Of a stretch of 64,000 nucleotides of DNA, positions 37,814 through 48,766 are shown one piece after another. The notes under the pieces were generated by a model. The model was not told the origin of the DNA. It was given only the letters and a program-made list of their open reading frames with translations, and did not search any database. The stretch covers positions 96,001-160,000 of IMG/VR virus record IMGVR_UViG_3300037067_018912; one strand, given 5' to 3'. The stretch is from a virus (lineage: Duplodnaviria > Caudoviricetes). Position numbers and translations under genes: made by a program. Positions within the stretch are counted from its first letter, which is position 1, and each line of letters starts with the position of its first letter.

Positions 37814-39067
37814 TTAATAAATAAACCCTTCGGTCAATAAATTGGCACATAATGTTGCACACGCCGATGCGGACGATACCCTAAAATAAACCGTGCCTCC
37901 TGCTGTTGCGGGTGTACCTTTCTGAGTCACTTCCAAATCATATGTTTCATTCGTTAACACATTATCAATTACGACCGCTGGTGACAGGTTACAATACGTC
38001 GAAGCGACGTTCCCAACACTCACAGTGAAAGATGTCACCGGAGCATCCTGTCGGATAATCAATTTGAAACGATTGAATAAAACACATTTTCCCGTCGGAA
38101 TAGTCATTATCGCTGTATTTCCCACCGCATTTAATGGAATGTTTTGTGTGTAAACATAATTTGGCACGAGCGTACACACACCCAAATCGGTCATAAACAC
38201 CGATTGTGTAGGATATGCAAATTTTTGCCCGATGTATTGTAGACCAGTTATTGCATCTACCCATTCATCAATCACGGGAACTTCACAGACGCAATTACTT
38301 GTGGCATGTCCAATCCATGTATAACCACTTGTTATCGGCCTGTTGTATGATTCCTTAGACCAATATCCACTATCACAATATCTTAAATATACATCTTCCA
38401 GGCTTAAATTAACATTTATCGCCGTATCAGTACTGTCCTTGAAATTAGTGAATGTATAACTAAACACCCCACCCGCCGTCGGTTCGGGTTTAACCCATTG
38501 ATTCTGTTTCAAGTTTGAGGGTTCTGCTGATGATTGGGTTACTGTGCCTAAAAACCCACCCCCACCGCTTGAATAAATGATAGCAGTTCCCCCACTGTTT
38601 GTAATCGTCGTGCCTCCGCTTCCTAAAAGACTCCTAAATTGAAGCACCGTTCCACTCGTCCCGCTGTACAAACCTGCACCCGATCCGATGTTCTGCGCCG
38701 AAGTCACACTACCAACACCCCCTGTTGAATTGATTATAACAGTTTGGCCACTGGTCGTGACTATAGTGTTCCCACTACCATAAAGACTCCTGAGTTGAAG
38801 TATATTAACGAACTTACTGTCGAAGATTCCTGATCCTGAACCAACATTTTGTGCCGTGCTAACCCCGGTTATAACGCCTCCAGTTACACCGCTGATACGT
38901 ATTTGATCGCCTTGTTCGAACACCCATATACCCTCACCAATGGCACTTATACTTCTAAACCGGAGATTATTTGCTCCAGATTTGTTGATATAAACACCCG
39001 CTCCTCCACCAATATTTTGACCAGTGGTTGTATTGCCTACAAGGCTTATATTTGATCTATTTGTCAT
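37814..39067 (-). CDS. Virion structural/fibre protein
   Basis: Three N[IV]G.G.G.Y......LQFRSL.GSG repeats shared with neighbouring proteins. Confidence 0.6.
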   Translation of the reverse strand: MTNRSNISLVGNTTTGQNIGGGAGVYINKSGANNLRFRSISAIGEGIWVFEQGDQIRISGVTGGVITGVSTAQNVGSGSGIFDSKFVNILQLRSLYGSGNTIVTTSGQTVIINSTGGVGSVTSAQNIGSGAGLYSGTSGTVLQFRSLLGSGGTTITNSGGTAIIYSSGGGGFLGTVTQSSAEPSNLKQNQWVKPEPTAGGVFSYTFTNFKDSTDTAINVNLSLEDVYLRYCDSGYWSKESYNRPITSGYTWIGHATSNCVCEVPVIDEWVDAITGLQYIGQKFAYPTQSVFMTDLGVCTLVPNYVYTQNIPLNAVGNTAIMTIPTGKCVLFNRFKLIIRQDAPVTSFTVSVGNVASTYCNLSPAVVIDNVLTNETYDLEVTQKGTPATAGGTVYFRVSSASACATLCANLLTEGFIY

Positions 39068-39083
39068 AATGTTTTAAAAATTT

Positions 39084-39683
39084 TTAACAAGTATAAATGG
39101 TGCAAGTTATTGGTGTTGCTGCTCTACAAAATAATCCTCTTGTCGGCAATACTGAAGTTATACAAACGAATGCACAGGAAATCCCCGTACCACCCGGTAT
39201 TGGATGTATAGAACAGATTTTAACACAAATCGTATCGCCAGCAACAACGGGGAAACTACATGAAAAACTGACCGCACCAAGAATGTTAGGTCTTGTACAA
39301 CTGTATACACCAACACCATTACAACATCCACAAGCAAATGATTGGCTTCCAGTACAAGTATTGGCACACAAACAATGACATATGGTAATAGTATAACATT
39401 GATCCGTGCTCATCGCCGGGTTCGAACAAATGCAATCCGTTCTACAAGTAGTTGCCGTTCCATTCGTACCAGCAACACTTATTTGGTTTAACCCAACTGC
39501 CTTATACGACGTTTCACGGCAGAAACTATAAAATTCGCTCATACAATGAGGTGCAGTTTTTCCTGCAATAATGCTTAAAACCGACAAACACTCCCTATCA
39601 CCGAGAACGGAGGCACAAATGCTTGAACACGTCTGCAATGTATTATTTAATATCGCTATACTACCCGATGCTGGCATTGGCAT
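39084..39683 (-). CDS. Cys-rich small tail-associated protein
   Basis: 25 Cys in 199 aa; MP.PASG.I...PH.MSEFY N-terminus like small fibre-tip proteins. Confidence 0.6.
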   Translation of the reverse strand: MPMPASGSIAILNNTLQTCSSICASVLGDRECLSVLSIIAGKTAPHCMSEFYSFCRETSYKAVGLNQISVAGTNGTATTCRTDCICSNPAMSTDQCYTITICHCLCANTCTGSQSFACGCCNGVGVYSCTRPNILGAVSFSCSFPVVAGDTICVKICSIHPIPGGTGISCAFVCITSVLPTRGLFCRAATPITCTIYTC

Positions 39684-39705
39684 GATTCATATCCTCCTTT
39701 ATATT

Positions 39706-42700
39706 TTATCCCGTTATTAATATTTTATAATTTATTCCCGTCGATGGTGCTGTATCAAATGTTATACAAACACAATTTGCATTCGTCCTTTGAACATTCG
39801 TATAAACTGTTGCATAAGGTGCGTCCGCTTGAACCAATTGTACCATAACAAATTGTTGATTACAACTGTGTGTCACACTAAACCCAGTCGTCAAACTGTT
39901 ACCACTTATCATATAAACCCCCACACCACCACCAATAGGCGTACTCCAAGAAGCAGTACCGTCAGCAGACGATGTCAACACACATCCTGCGGCAGCACCT
40001 GTTGTTATCTTGATCACAGGTGTCGAAATGTAACTCCCTTGTGGTTGGAAACACAATGGATATTGTGTTGCACCATCAAAAGAACCCGACTGCATGTACA
40101 TGACGCCGCTACCGATAAGACCCATATAAAGGCCATAATTTTCAGCGGCTTTCGAAATGCTGAAAGTGCTTGCTGATGCAGTCAATGTTACCGAATTGGG
40201 AACTCCGATTTTCAAACAACTATTGATTGTTTGTATTGAAGCACTTGTACATTTCAAAAACGTTGCGGGTGCTGTCGTACCCGTGTAGGTGATGAACACC
40301 GTCTTGGCGACATATGTGGCCGGAACGGTAGTGCCTGTGTAAGTATCGAATGCGGTTTTAATAACATATGTTGCAGGTGCAGTAGTACCCGTGTAAGTCG
40401 CCACTGAAGATTGTAAAGCATAAATACCATGCGTGTGACCGCTTGCAGAATAATACAACTTAGAAACGTATTCCGCCACGCCGCTTGCATTAAATGCGGC
40501 AAGCGTATCGTTGTTGCCGAGATGGCCACTGTCTGTCCAAGTCAAATTACTCAAATTGGCATGATTGGTGGTGCTGACACCCGCAACACTCAATGCGGAG
40601 AATTTGCTGCCCACAACATATGTGATGCCGTCCGTCGGTATCACCACCTTACCATAATTGGAATAACTGTTCGATGTTGAATAACTTATGCGAGCATAAA
40701 TCACGTATTCGGCACTCGCCGATGTCAGCGAACCAAGCCTCAATCCCCTCGTATCCTCCGCCTGCGCCCCGGCGAGTGTTGTATACGTCGCCTGCGGCGG
40801 CAGGAAGATCATCCTGTATTTCTGACTGTTGGAATCCGAAGTTGTTGGCACGAGAATCTGATAGGCATTGTAATAACGATTAGCAACACCTGCGGTCAAC
40901 GTTCCTGTCACCGGATCGTTGACATAGATATATGAATCATCTCCTACTGCAAGGAACGGGGCGGTGTTGGAGAACGTATAAACACTCGTGCCCGCACTGA
41001 TTCGCATAACGGTGTATCCACTCGTCTTCGGCCATGAGGCTATTGTCGATGTTAAATCTTCATCATCGAGAGATGCGGCATTAAAACTCGGAGTTATCCC
41101 TGCATTTGTCGCTGTGTTCGCCGTATAACTCCCAGAAGTTGCTTGTCCACCGGATTTCAAATATGTCCCAATGGTATTATGTAAAGTTTCATGAGCCTGC
41201 CAATCAAGCAGACCGTGGGTTTCACGAATTGCAAGCGACGCCGCCTCGGTCGCTTGGTAATAAATACCTGAAACCATTATATGATTAAATTCCCAAACAG
41301 ATTGACTCCACGTGAAACCTAATCCATCTGTCGAATACAAATACCAACGTCCCACTGTTGCCGTATGTGCACTTGAAGTCCAAGGACTCGTCAGAGTCCT
41401 CTTGACGCCTTTCCAATAGTAATCCAATGTGCCAGTCAGGGTTATAGTCCTGTTGGTGTAATTGTATGAAATGTTTATATTGCTTCCGTCCACGAAACCC
41501 GTCGGGTCTTGCATGTCGGTAGCCATTTGGAAAGGCAAGTACTTGCTTGCAAGACATGTGCCGTTTTCAATAAACACCGGACTTGTCGAATATGTGGTCG
41601 CTGATAATATCGGCGAACGCACACAAGTTGACCCTATTATGACCGGACTTATCATACATGTCGAACCACAAACAATCGGCGATGTCACACAAGTTGTACC
41701 ACTTAACAATGGAGATGTCACACAGGTACTTGCACAAATATTCCCCATAACGCCCAATCTTGTACCATTAAAAGTCAAATTGGGTTGTGAACAGATTGTA
41801 TTGGCGTCGATATATGTACCAATACCATTTGCTGTAGTCCCGTTCCATTCAATACCACTTGCATCATTTGCATTAATTGCTATATAATTACCACTGCATG
41901 TGAGGGTTACATTCGTTCCACCACTCAATGTCTTCAAATTCAACTTGTTGTTTGTGGTAGTGGTGTATATTGTGCCATTCCCCGTGCCTAAATTAGTCGC
42001 ACCCGTAATCGTGCCACCCGCAACATAACTTCCCAAATACGATTTATAGACCAAATCACAATCGTTATTTAACGCCACAGCACTGCCATATCTCGCCGTT
42101 CCACCAGAAAGAATAGTCAAAATTGCAGCATTATTCCTTATGAAACAGAAATTCCTGGTTTTATAATCCCCAAGAAATTTAAGGTTTTGTGAACTTGAAC
42201 TCTTACATTCGATCACCTCACAAAAAAATACAGTACCCGATGGATGATTCAATCGTGTTTCTTGTTCATATGACGCTGCACTGTTCTCCGTCTGAATGTG
42301 GAAATTACTGTTTGTAGCACCGAGTATATCACTTAACTTAAATTCAAGATAATTCGTGTCTTCAGAAGCAGCCAATAAAATTTTAGTTGTCGATGTCGGA
42401 AATAAATTAATACCACCATATGCTGTTCCACCACTATTAACCAATAACATATCAAATTCTGGTGCAACGGGATCGTGTTCCAAACGCATACAAGTATAAC
42501 CATTACCATCACAAACACCAAATATTGGTGTTACTGCAATAAGTGAAGATAATGCACTTCCTGTACAACCCAAATTAAATGCATAAGCACCACATATCGT
42601 CGTATTTCCAGTTAGCAAACCACCCAATGCAACATTCGGTCCTGAAAGATGTAAACCACTCTCCGCTCCAGTAACAGTACCTGTGGCCGTAGAGTTAATA

Positions 42701-44232
42701 ACAACATAACTGTCGCCGGATGTTATCGTGATGTTCGTCCCACCACTCAACCTCTTTAACTGAATTAATTGATCTGAGACTGAAGTATAAAGAGCACCAT
42801 TGCCCGCACCCAAATTGGTCACTCCAGTAACGGATTTTAAAAGCACCGTCTGAAGGTCAGTTTGATCGGCAATGCTTCCGGATATATCACCCCAAGCCAC
42901 GCTTGGAGTTACACCCGACGTTATAATATAACCGGGATACGGAAGTACCCATCCGGTTGTAGTTGAATTTGCAATAAGAACCGCTTTACTGATATGATCC
43001 ACCGTAGTTGGTTCGGTGGCGGTCAAAAGACCCGCTGTGGCGTCACTCAAAAAATATGTCGTGTTTATGACGAGTCCTGTCAATCCGGTGACGTAACCCG
43101 CTTGGGTGAGATCGAAATAATTGGCGTTGTGACATTTACTTACAATTCCCAACACTTCACCATCATATGTACCATCAGCAATGGCTTTGTTGTATGTCCC
43201 CCCGCTCCAACCAATAACATCTTGAACAGCAAAACCATGAGAAGTTTTATTAATGCATTTCGTTATTCTTTCACCGGAAGCAATCAACGTTGATATTGAT
43301 GAAGTCAACCCGGTGACATATCCCTTGTCAACAAGTGATCGCAATGTGTAACTGCCACTGTAATCGGCAGCGTACCTAACGCCCCCACCACTATTAACTG
43401 TGAATACAACACCGTTTGTATCCATGCAAAGTCTATCGTTGCTGCACGATGATAAATAAACATCACCATTTAACAACAAAGTTGCGCCACAAGTACACAT
43501 GGCAGTACCTGCACCATTAACCAACATCGCACTGTTTCCGGTATAACATACCATGAATGTTGCAACCGGAGAGGCTAATGACAACGTCGTATTTGTTGCA
43601 CCCAATGTCCCACCGAGACAAACTCTGCGACCTGTCACCCCAATACCGTTCGTCGCCCCTGTGATCATATTAGCAGTTAATCCAGTCACATATCCTTTGT
43701 CAACAAGGGAACGAGAAGTATAATTTGAAGAATAATCACCACCGTATTTAATTCCACCCCCGCTTGCACTTGTGAACGTGGTTGCAACAGGACTCATAAA
43801 CAAACAATCTCCAATATCCGATGAAAGGCTGGCACAGCCATCCTTCAAATATAACGTCGCACCACTTGCATAAACTATCGCACTATCCCCGGTCAAAGCA
43901 ATAAGATTCTCAACACCTGAAACTTGAAACTTGTATGAACAAATTTCAATTTCAGTATCCCCACTCAAAGTACCACCAAGTGCCGCCCGACCTGAATCAC
44001 ACACGGAAAGACCATTATAAACCGGAACATTGCCCCAACTACCACAACCTGTAGCATTTGAAACCAACACCTTGTTCACGCCGGGACTGCTCTCCATTAC
44101 AAAAGTAGCACCACTTTGAAGACGGAACTCTCCATAGTCGTGCACATGTGTGCTGCCCGACAGATGCAGTATTTCACCAGGACGTTGTTCGAATTTACTG
44201 TCGCTCAGATTGGGTTTTGTATCTAATGCCAT
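39706..44232 (-). CDS. Large modular tail fibre/virion protein
   Basis: 1508 aa; shared N-terminal PNL...F.Q..G..L.LSG.T motif; ITGATNG..LGG and YGGDYS..RSLVDK modules. Confidence 0.7.
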   Translation of the reverse strand: MALDTKPNLSDSKFEQRPGEILHLSGSTHVHDYGEFRLQSGATFVMESSPGVNKVLVSNATGCGSWGNVPVYNGLSVCDSGRAALGGTLSGDTEIEICSYKFQVSGVENLIALTGDSAIVYASGATLYLKDGCASLSSDIGDCLFMSPVATTFTSASGGGIKYGGDYSSNYTSRSLVDKGYVTGLTANMITGATNGIGVTGRRVCLGGTLGATNTTLSLASPVATFMVCYTGNSAMLVNGAGTAMCTCGATLLLNGDVYLSSCSNDRLCMDTNGVVFTVNSGGGVRYAADYSGSYTLRSLVDKGYVTGLTSSISTLIASGERITKCINKTSHGFAVQDVIGWSGGTYNKAIADGTYDGEVLGIVSKCHNANYFDLTQAGYVTGLTGLVINTTYFLSDATAGLLTATEPTTVDHISKAVLIANSTTTGWVLPYPGYIITSGVTPSVAWGDISGSIADQTDLQTVLLKSVTGVTNLGAGNGALYTSVSDQLIQLKRLSGGTNITITSGDSYVVINSTATGTVTGAESGLHLSGPNVALGGLLTGNTTICGAYAFNLGCTGSALSSLIAVTPIFGVCDGNGYTCMRLEHDPVAPEFDMLLVNSGGTAYGGINLFPTSTTKILLAASEDTNYLEFKLSDILGATNSNFHIQTENSAASYEQETRLNHPSGTVFFCEVIECKSSSSQNLKFLGDYKTRNFCFIRNNAAILTILSGGTARYGSAVALNNDCDLVYKSYLGSYVAGGTITGATNLGTGNGTIYTTTTNNKLNLKTLSGGTNVTLTCSGNYIAINANDASGIEWNGTTANGIGTYIDANTICSQPNLTFNGTRLGVMGNICASTCVTSPLLSGTTCVTSPIVCGSTCMISPVIIGSTCVRSPILSATTYSTSPVFIENGTCLASKYLPFQMATDMQDPTGFVDGSNINISYNYTNRTITLTGTLDYYWKGVKRTLTSPWTSSAHTATVGRWYLYSTDGLGFTWSQSVWEFNHIMVSGIYYQATEAASLAIRETHGLLDWQAHETLHNTIGTYLKSGGQATSGSYTANTATNAGITPSFNAASLDDEDLTSTIASWPKTSGYTVMRISAGTSVYTFSNTAPFLAVGDDSYIYVNDPVTGTLTAGVANRYYNAYQILVPTTSDSNSQKYRMIFLPPQATYTTLAGAQAEDTRGLRLGSLTSASAEYVIYARISYSTSNSYSNYGKVVIPTDGITYVVGSKFSALSVAGVSTTNHANLSNLTWTDSGHLGNNDTLAAFNASGVAEYVSKLYYSASGHTHGIYALQSSVATYTGTTAPATYVIKTAFDTYTGTTVPATYVAKTVFITYTGTTAPATFLKCTSASIQTINSCLKIGVPNSVTLTASASTFSISKAAENYGLYMGLIGSGVMYMQSGSFDGATQYPLCFQPQGSYISTPVIKITTGAAAGCVLTSSADGTASWSTPIGGGVGVYMISGNSLTTGFSVTHSCNQQFVMVQLVQADAPYATVYTNVQRTNANCVCITFDTAPSTGINYKILITG

Positions 44233-44303
44233 CTCGAAATTTTAATTGATATGGTTATTTAAGATAAATACTCTGAAACTGACACTTAATTCGATACAGT
44301 AAT

Positions 44304-44333
44304 AAAAAAATAAACCCTCCGAATGGGAGGGTC
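44304..44333 (-). terminator. Rho-independent terminator
   Basis: Sense ACCCUCC-CAUUC-GGAGGGU followed by a U-rich tail. Confidence 0.7.
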
Positions 44334-44361
44334 TAATATTATTACTGATATTACAATCATT

Positions 44362-47300
44362 TTATGGTGATATTGTATCCTTGGTGACATACACCCCCGT
44401 TTGTCTTATTTGATGTATAAATGACCCCCCGCTGACACCATATCTCCACGTACCGTTGGTATCAGGATCACCAAAATACTGCCATGAAGTGCATTTATAC
44501 ATTGCATCACCACAATCATAATTGAAACAGACTGTCGTTCCTGATTTATTGCCCATCCTCACACCATAACCATCAAACGTGGTGTCGATTATTGATTCAT
44601 CGGCACTCCCATCGCAACATAAACGCATAATACCATTATAATTACGTCCATCATATGATGTAAAACCGCCCGAAACAATAATTTTTTTATCAGGTTGAAC
44701 CCAGATATCGTTTATATATTCAGTATCAAATTTATTGGTTGCAAGAAATGTCTCATCAAGACTTCCATCAGTATTCAAACGAATTATTTGACTTACACTA
44801 ACACCACTATATGAAGTAAATCCACCACTCACCAATATCTTACCATCATAAGGTTGATATGCCAAACCATTAGTTACATATGATCCAAGCGAACCCGTAT
44901 ATGTAAACCCTTGGCTATAAAAAGTTGGATCATATGTACCATTTGAATTCAATCTTACGATATAATTTGCAGTAATGCCACTATATGTATCGAAACGACC
45001 TGTTACAACATATTTACCATCTGATTGCTGTATCACACAAGAGCCATACCAATTAAAACCCGATCCGGTGGTGAATGTGTTATCAATACTACCATTACTG
45101 CATATTCGAACAATATGTCCCCTTGCAATCTCGTTATATTTATTTAATGCTCCTGTAACAATGATCTTACCATCGGATTGAAGCACCGCTTTGGAAGGAC
45201 CTAAACCGGACTCATTAAACCCATTACCAGGATTGAATGTAACATCCCGGCTTCCATTAGTATTCAAACGGATTATTTTCGGAGACGTAACGCCACTATA
45301 TGAAGTAAATCCACCAACCACTATTATCTTACTATCACCAGTCTGAATCATCACATCATCAGGAGCACCATTAAAACTTCCTCCTCCCGGAGATAATGTA
45401 TAATCTATACTACCGTTGGTATTCAGTCGAACTATACGGCATCTCGAAACACCTGAATATTGTGTAAACGCCCCGACTGCAACTAATTTACCGTCCGGTT
45501 GAAATGCCGTACAAGATACCCAATTGTTTATTGGAAAACCAGAACCAACTGAAAATGAAGTGTCTATCGTACCATTATAATTTATTTGAACCATTCCACT
45601 TGACGATAAACCTGAATAACATTGAAACTGTCCAGCAAGATTCATTCTACCGTCAGGATAAGTCAATACACTTGAAGCCTGACCAATGCCAAAACTCCAC
45701 GTTAATCCCAAACCTATAAGGAAATTCCGGGCGTAATTCGTTATTGAAAGAGTGTTGCTGCAAAGATTAATACAAGAATTATTAATCAACGTCCCCCCCA
45801 AACAAACATTTTTTCCACAAACACCCAATCCGTTTGTCGCCCCGGTGATGGGAACATTATCTAAAACCCATTTTTTGGTGACTAAATGGTTATCTCCAAA
45901 TAATGACGTGTTCGGAGTTGCAGTGTAACGAATTCCGCTGCAATCATACCTTAAATACCTGTAACCAGTACCACAATAAACGCAATTTTCAATAAAAGTA
46001 GGACCGACATACACCCCGGCAACACAACCCGTCCCCTCGTTCCCTGCTCTCGTCTCAATATATCCACTCATATCGGCATTCTTGGTCACTTGCAAATAAG
46101 TCGTGTAATTACCATCCCCGACGGTGAGCCTCCTCGATCCTGCCGCCGTACCAAGATTCAAATACGTTTCTGTGGCGGTCAAACTACCACCAAGACAAAC
46201 ATTTTGGCCTGTTGTTCCAATACCGTTCGTCGCCCCAGTGATCCCACCTGTCGTGAAACCACTGATTTGGTTCAATACCCACTCCTTATCAACAAGAGAA
46301 CGATCTGTGTAATTTGCACTATAATCATCACCATATTCAATAACCCCACCGTTAAACATTGATAAATATATGGTTGATGTGCTACCATCCGTATTCAACT
46401 TAATTATACTTTGAGCAGTCTCTCCATTATACGTTATAAAACCACCACCAACCAATATCTTACCGTCATTAAAAATTTTAATTGATGGAATTTGACTACT
46501 ATCAAAACCAGTACCAGTATCAAAAGTATTATCAATACTGCCATTCGTATTCAACCTAATTATGTTAATAGCAGTTACGCCGCTGTATGTTAAGAAATTA
46601 CCACCAACCAATATTTTACCATCATTCTGAATCGCTATTGTAAGAGGTGAATTATTAAAACCAGAGCCTGTACTAAAAGTATTGTCAACGCTACCGTCTG
46701 TGTTCAACCTGATTATGCGATTAGCAGTTACACCGCTATATGAGGTGAAATCACCACCAATAAGTATTTTACCATCATTCTGAATTGCCATCGACCACAC
46801 AGTAGTATCAAAACCAGTACCGCTATTAAAAGTATTATCAATACTACCGTCCGTGTTCAACCTGATTATGTAATTGGCAGTTACACCACTATATGAAGTG
46901 AAATCACCACCAACTAATATTTTACCATCGTTCTGAATTGCTATTGAATAAGTACTCGCACCATTAAAACCAGCACCAATGCTAAAAGTATTATCAATGC
47001 CACCATTCGTATTCAACCTAATTATACGATTAGCAGTTACACCACTGTATGAATTAAAACCACCGCCAACTAATATTTTACCATCGTTCTGAATCGCTAT
47101 CGACCGCACATTGGTATTAAAACCAGTACCACTATTAAAAGTATTATCAATGTTACCATTCGTATTCAACCTGATTATGCGATTGGCAGTTACGCCACTG
47201 TATGAAGTGAATATACCGCCAATAAGTATTTTGTTGTCATTCTGAACCACTATTGAATGAACCTCATTATTAAACCCACCGCCACCATTAAAAGTATTAT

Positions 47301-48657
47301 CAACACTGCCATTCGTATTCAACCTGATTATGCCATTGGCAGTTACACCACTGTATGAATTGAAAGTACCACCAACTAATATTTTACCATCGTTCTGAAT
47401 CGCCGTCGACCACACATTATGATTAAAACCACTACCACTATTAAACTCTACAATAGCATCACTAAATATTAATGTTTTATTGTTTAAATCAATATTAGTA
47501 TTACCATTTAATGCACCACCAAGAGTAACATTATTACCCGAAACGCTCAAACCATTCGTCGCTCCGGTAATACCACCTGAAGTACCTCCACTAATTTGAC
47601 TCAATACCCATCCCTTGTTGACAAGTGAACAATCATTAAAATTAGCACTATAATCATGTCCATAAACTATTCCGGCAAACCCCGTATCACCACTATTATT
47701 TACTAATGAATACATTGACACCAAATCACCAAGCATTTCAAAACGTGTACATCTTACAATATCATTTTGATAATTTATTAGTGAAATGACACCTGATTCG
47801 GCCACCACTGTTGAACATGTAGTATTATTGGTATTTTCAGTAATTAATTCAATACAAGAACAATTAATACGAAAATCCGAACTGTATTTAGTACCATCAT
47901 AATGACAAATAAATGTACCATCGGATCGAAAACTCGCATAATTATTTCCACTTGTATCGGTAAAACAAATACAACCACTATCATAATTAATGCAAGTATC
48001 ACCATTTAATGTACCACCAAGACAAACTATTGTACCATCAGTTGTTAAACCATTCGTCGCCCCAGTGATGGCTGTCGTCAACCTGATTTTCTTGGTCGAC
48101 GGATTCCAAGAAAGTACATCCCCACTACCCGCAGGTGTAGTTAAAATTGCCAAATCAGGAACAACAACAGTATTGGAATAACAATCTTTTTCTACAATGC
48201 AATTATTAACCCCAATAAGGGTCGTGTTAGTATTACCACTGCAAATTATGTTGCCATATCCACCAAAAATATTACCCCCTGCCGAACACGAAACGTTGCC
48301 ACAACCGACAATTGCCGTATAGTTACAAAACGTCTTGGATTCGCTACCTATTGAAATACTTCCCGTCCCGTAAGTGCATGAGCCGCAACCAATACTGGTC
48401 GATGCCGTGCCCATAGCCTTCACCCCCGCTCCAATAGCGGTGGCCGCAGTGCCGCCGGATGCGTTACAACCAATTAAAGTAGTGTTCAATCCTACGCCCG
48501 CACTTAAAAATGTCATGCCGGAAATCCGGTATCCAGTATTAGAACTGATCGTTCCATAAGCACCAACAATACAATTAGTACCTTTCAAATACAGCGTATC
48601 TCCACTGAATTGGTCAAACCTTTGGCAACTGAGGTTTGGTCTATTATCGTAAGCCAT
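44362..48657 (-). CDS. Virion protein with two blocks of delta-60-type beta-propeller repeats
   Basis: Tandem ~54-aa IQNDGKILVGG.F.SYSGVTAN.IIRLNT.GS.D.TF repeats (~46.4-47.4 kb, plus a more diverged set at ~44.6-45.7 kb). Confidence 0.8.
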   Translation of the reverse strand: MAYDNRPNLSCQRFDQFSGDTLYLKGTNCIVGAYGTISSNTGYRISGMTFLSAGVGLNTTLIGCNASGGTAATAIGAGVKAMGTASTSIGCGSCTYGTGSISIGSESKTFCNYTAIVGCGNVSCSAGGNIFGGYGNIICSGNTNTTLIGVNNCIVEKDCYSNTVVVPDLAILTTPAGSGDVLSWNPSTKKIRLTTAITGATNGLTTDGTIVCLGGTLNGDTCINYDSGCICFTDTSGNNYASFRSDGTFICHYDGTKYSSDFRINCSCIELITENTNNTTCSTVVAESGVISLINYQNDIVRCTRFEMLGDLVSMYSLVNNSGDTGFAGIVYGHDYSANFNDCSLVNKGWVLSQISGGTSGGITGATNGLSVSGNNVTLGGALNGNTNIDLNNKTLIFSDAIVEFNSGSGFNHNVWSTAIQNDGKILVGGTFNSYSGVTANGIIRLNTNGSVDNTFNGGGGFNNEVHSIVVQNDNKILIGGIFTSYSGVTANRIIRLNTNGNIDNTFNSGTGFNTNVRSIAIQNDGKILVGGGFNSYSGVTANRIIRLNTNGGIDNTFSIGAGFNGASTYSIAIQNDGKILVGGDFTSYSGVTANYIIRLNTDGSIDNTFNSGTGFDTTVWSMAIQNDGKILIGGDFTSYSGVTANRIIRLNTDGSVDNTFSTGSGFNNSPLTIAIQNDGKILVGGNFLTYSGVTAINIIRLNTNGSIDNTFDTGTGFDSSQIPSIKIFNDGKILVGGGFITYNGETAQSIIKLNTDGSTSTIYLSMFNGGVIEYGDDYSANYTDRSLVDKEWVLNQISGFTTGGITGATNGIGTTGQNVCLGGSLTATETYLNLGTAAGSRRLTVGDGNYTTYLQVTKNADMSGYIETRAGNEGTGCVAGVYVGPTFIENCVYCGTGYRYLRYDCSGIRYTATPNTSLFGDNHLVTKKWVLDNVPITGATNGLGVCGKNVCLGGTLINNSCINLCSNTLSITNYARNFLIGLGLTWSFGIGQASSVLTYPDGRMNLAGQFQCYSGLSSSGMVQINYNGTIDTSFSVGSGFPINNWVSCTAFQPDGKLVAVGAFTQYSGVSRCRIVRLNTNGSIDYTLSPGGGSFNGAPDDVMIQTGDSKIIVVGGFTSYSGVTSPKIIRLNTNGSRDVTFNPGNGFNESGLGPSKAVLQSDGKIIVTGALNKYNEIARGHIVRICSNGSIDNTFTTGSGFNWYGSCVIQQSDGKYVVTGRFDTYSGITANYIVRLNSNGTYDPTFYSQGFTYTGSLGSYVTNGLAYQPYDGKILVSGGFTSYSGVSVSQIIRLNTDGSLDETFLATNKFDTEYINDIWVQPDKKIIVSGGFTSYDGRNYNGIMRLCCDGSADESIIDTTFDGYGVRMGNKSGTTVCFNYDCGDAMYKCTSWQYFGDPDTNGTWRYGVSGGSFIHQIRQTGVYVTKDTISP

Positions 48658-48701
48658 ATGTCATAATATTTATCATAAATACTTTAAGGCGATTAATAAA
48701 T

Positions 48702-48728
48702 AAAAAAACCCGCCGAAATCGACGGGTT
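48702..48728 (-). terminator. Rho-independent terminator
   Basis: Sense AACCCGUCG-AUUU-CGGCGGGUUUUUUU. Confidence 0.75.
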
Positions 48729-48766
48729 AAAAATGATAATTACATATAATGATTTACATTCAACCA

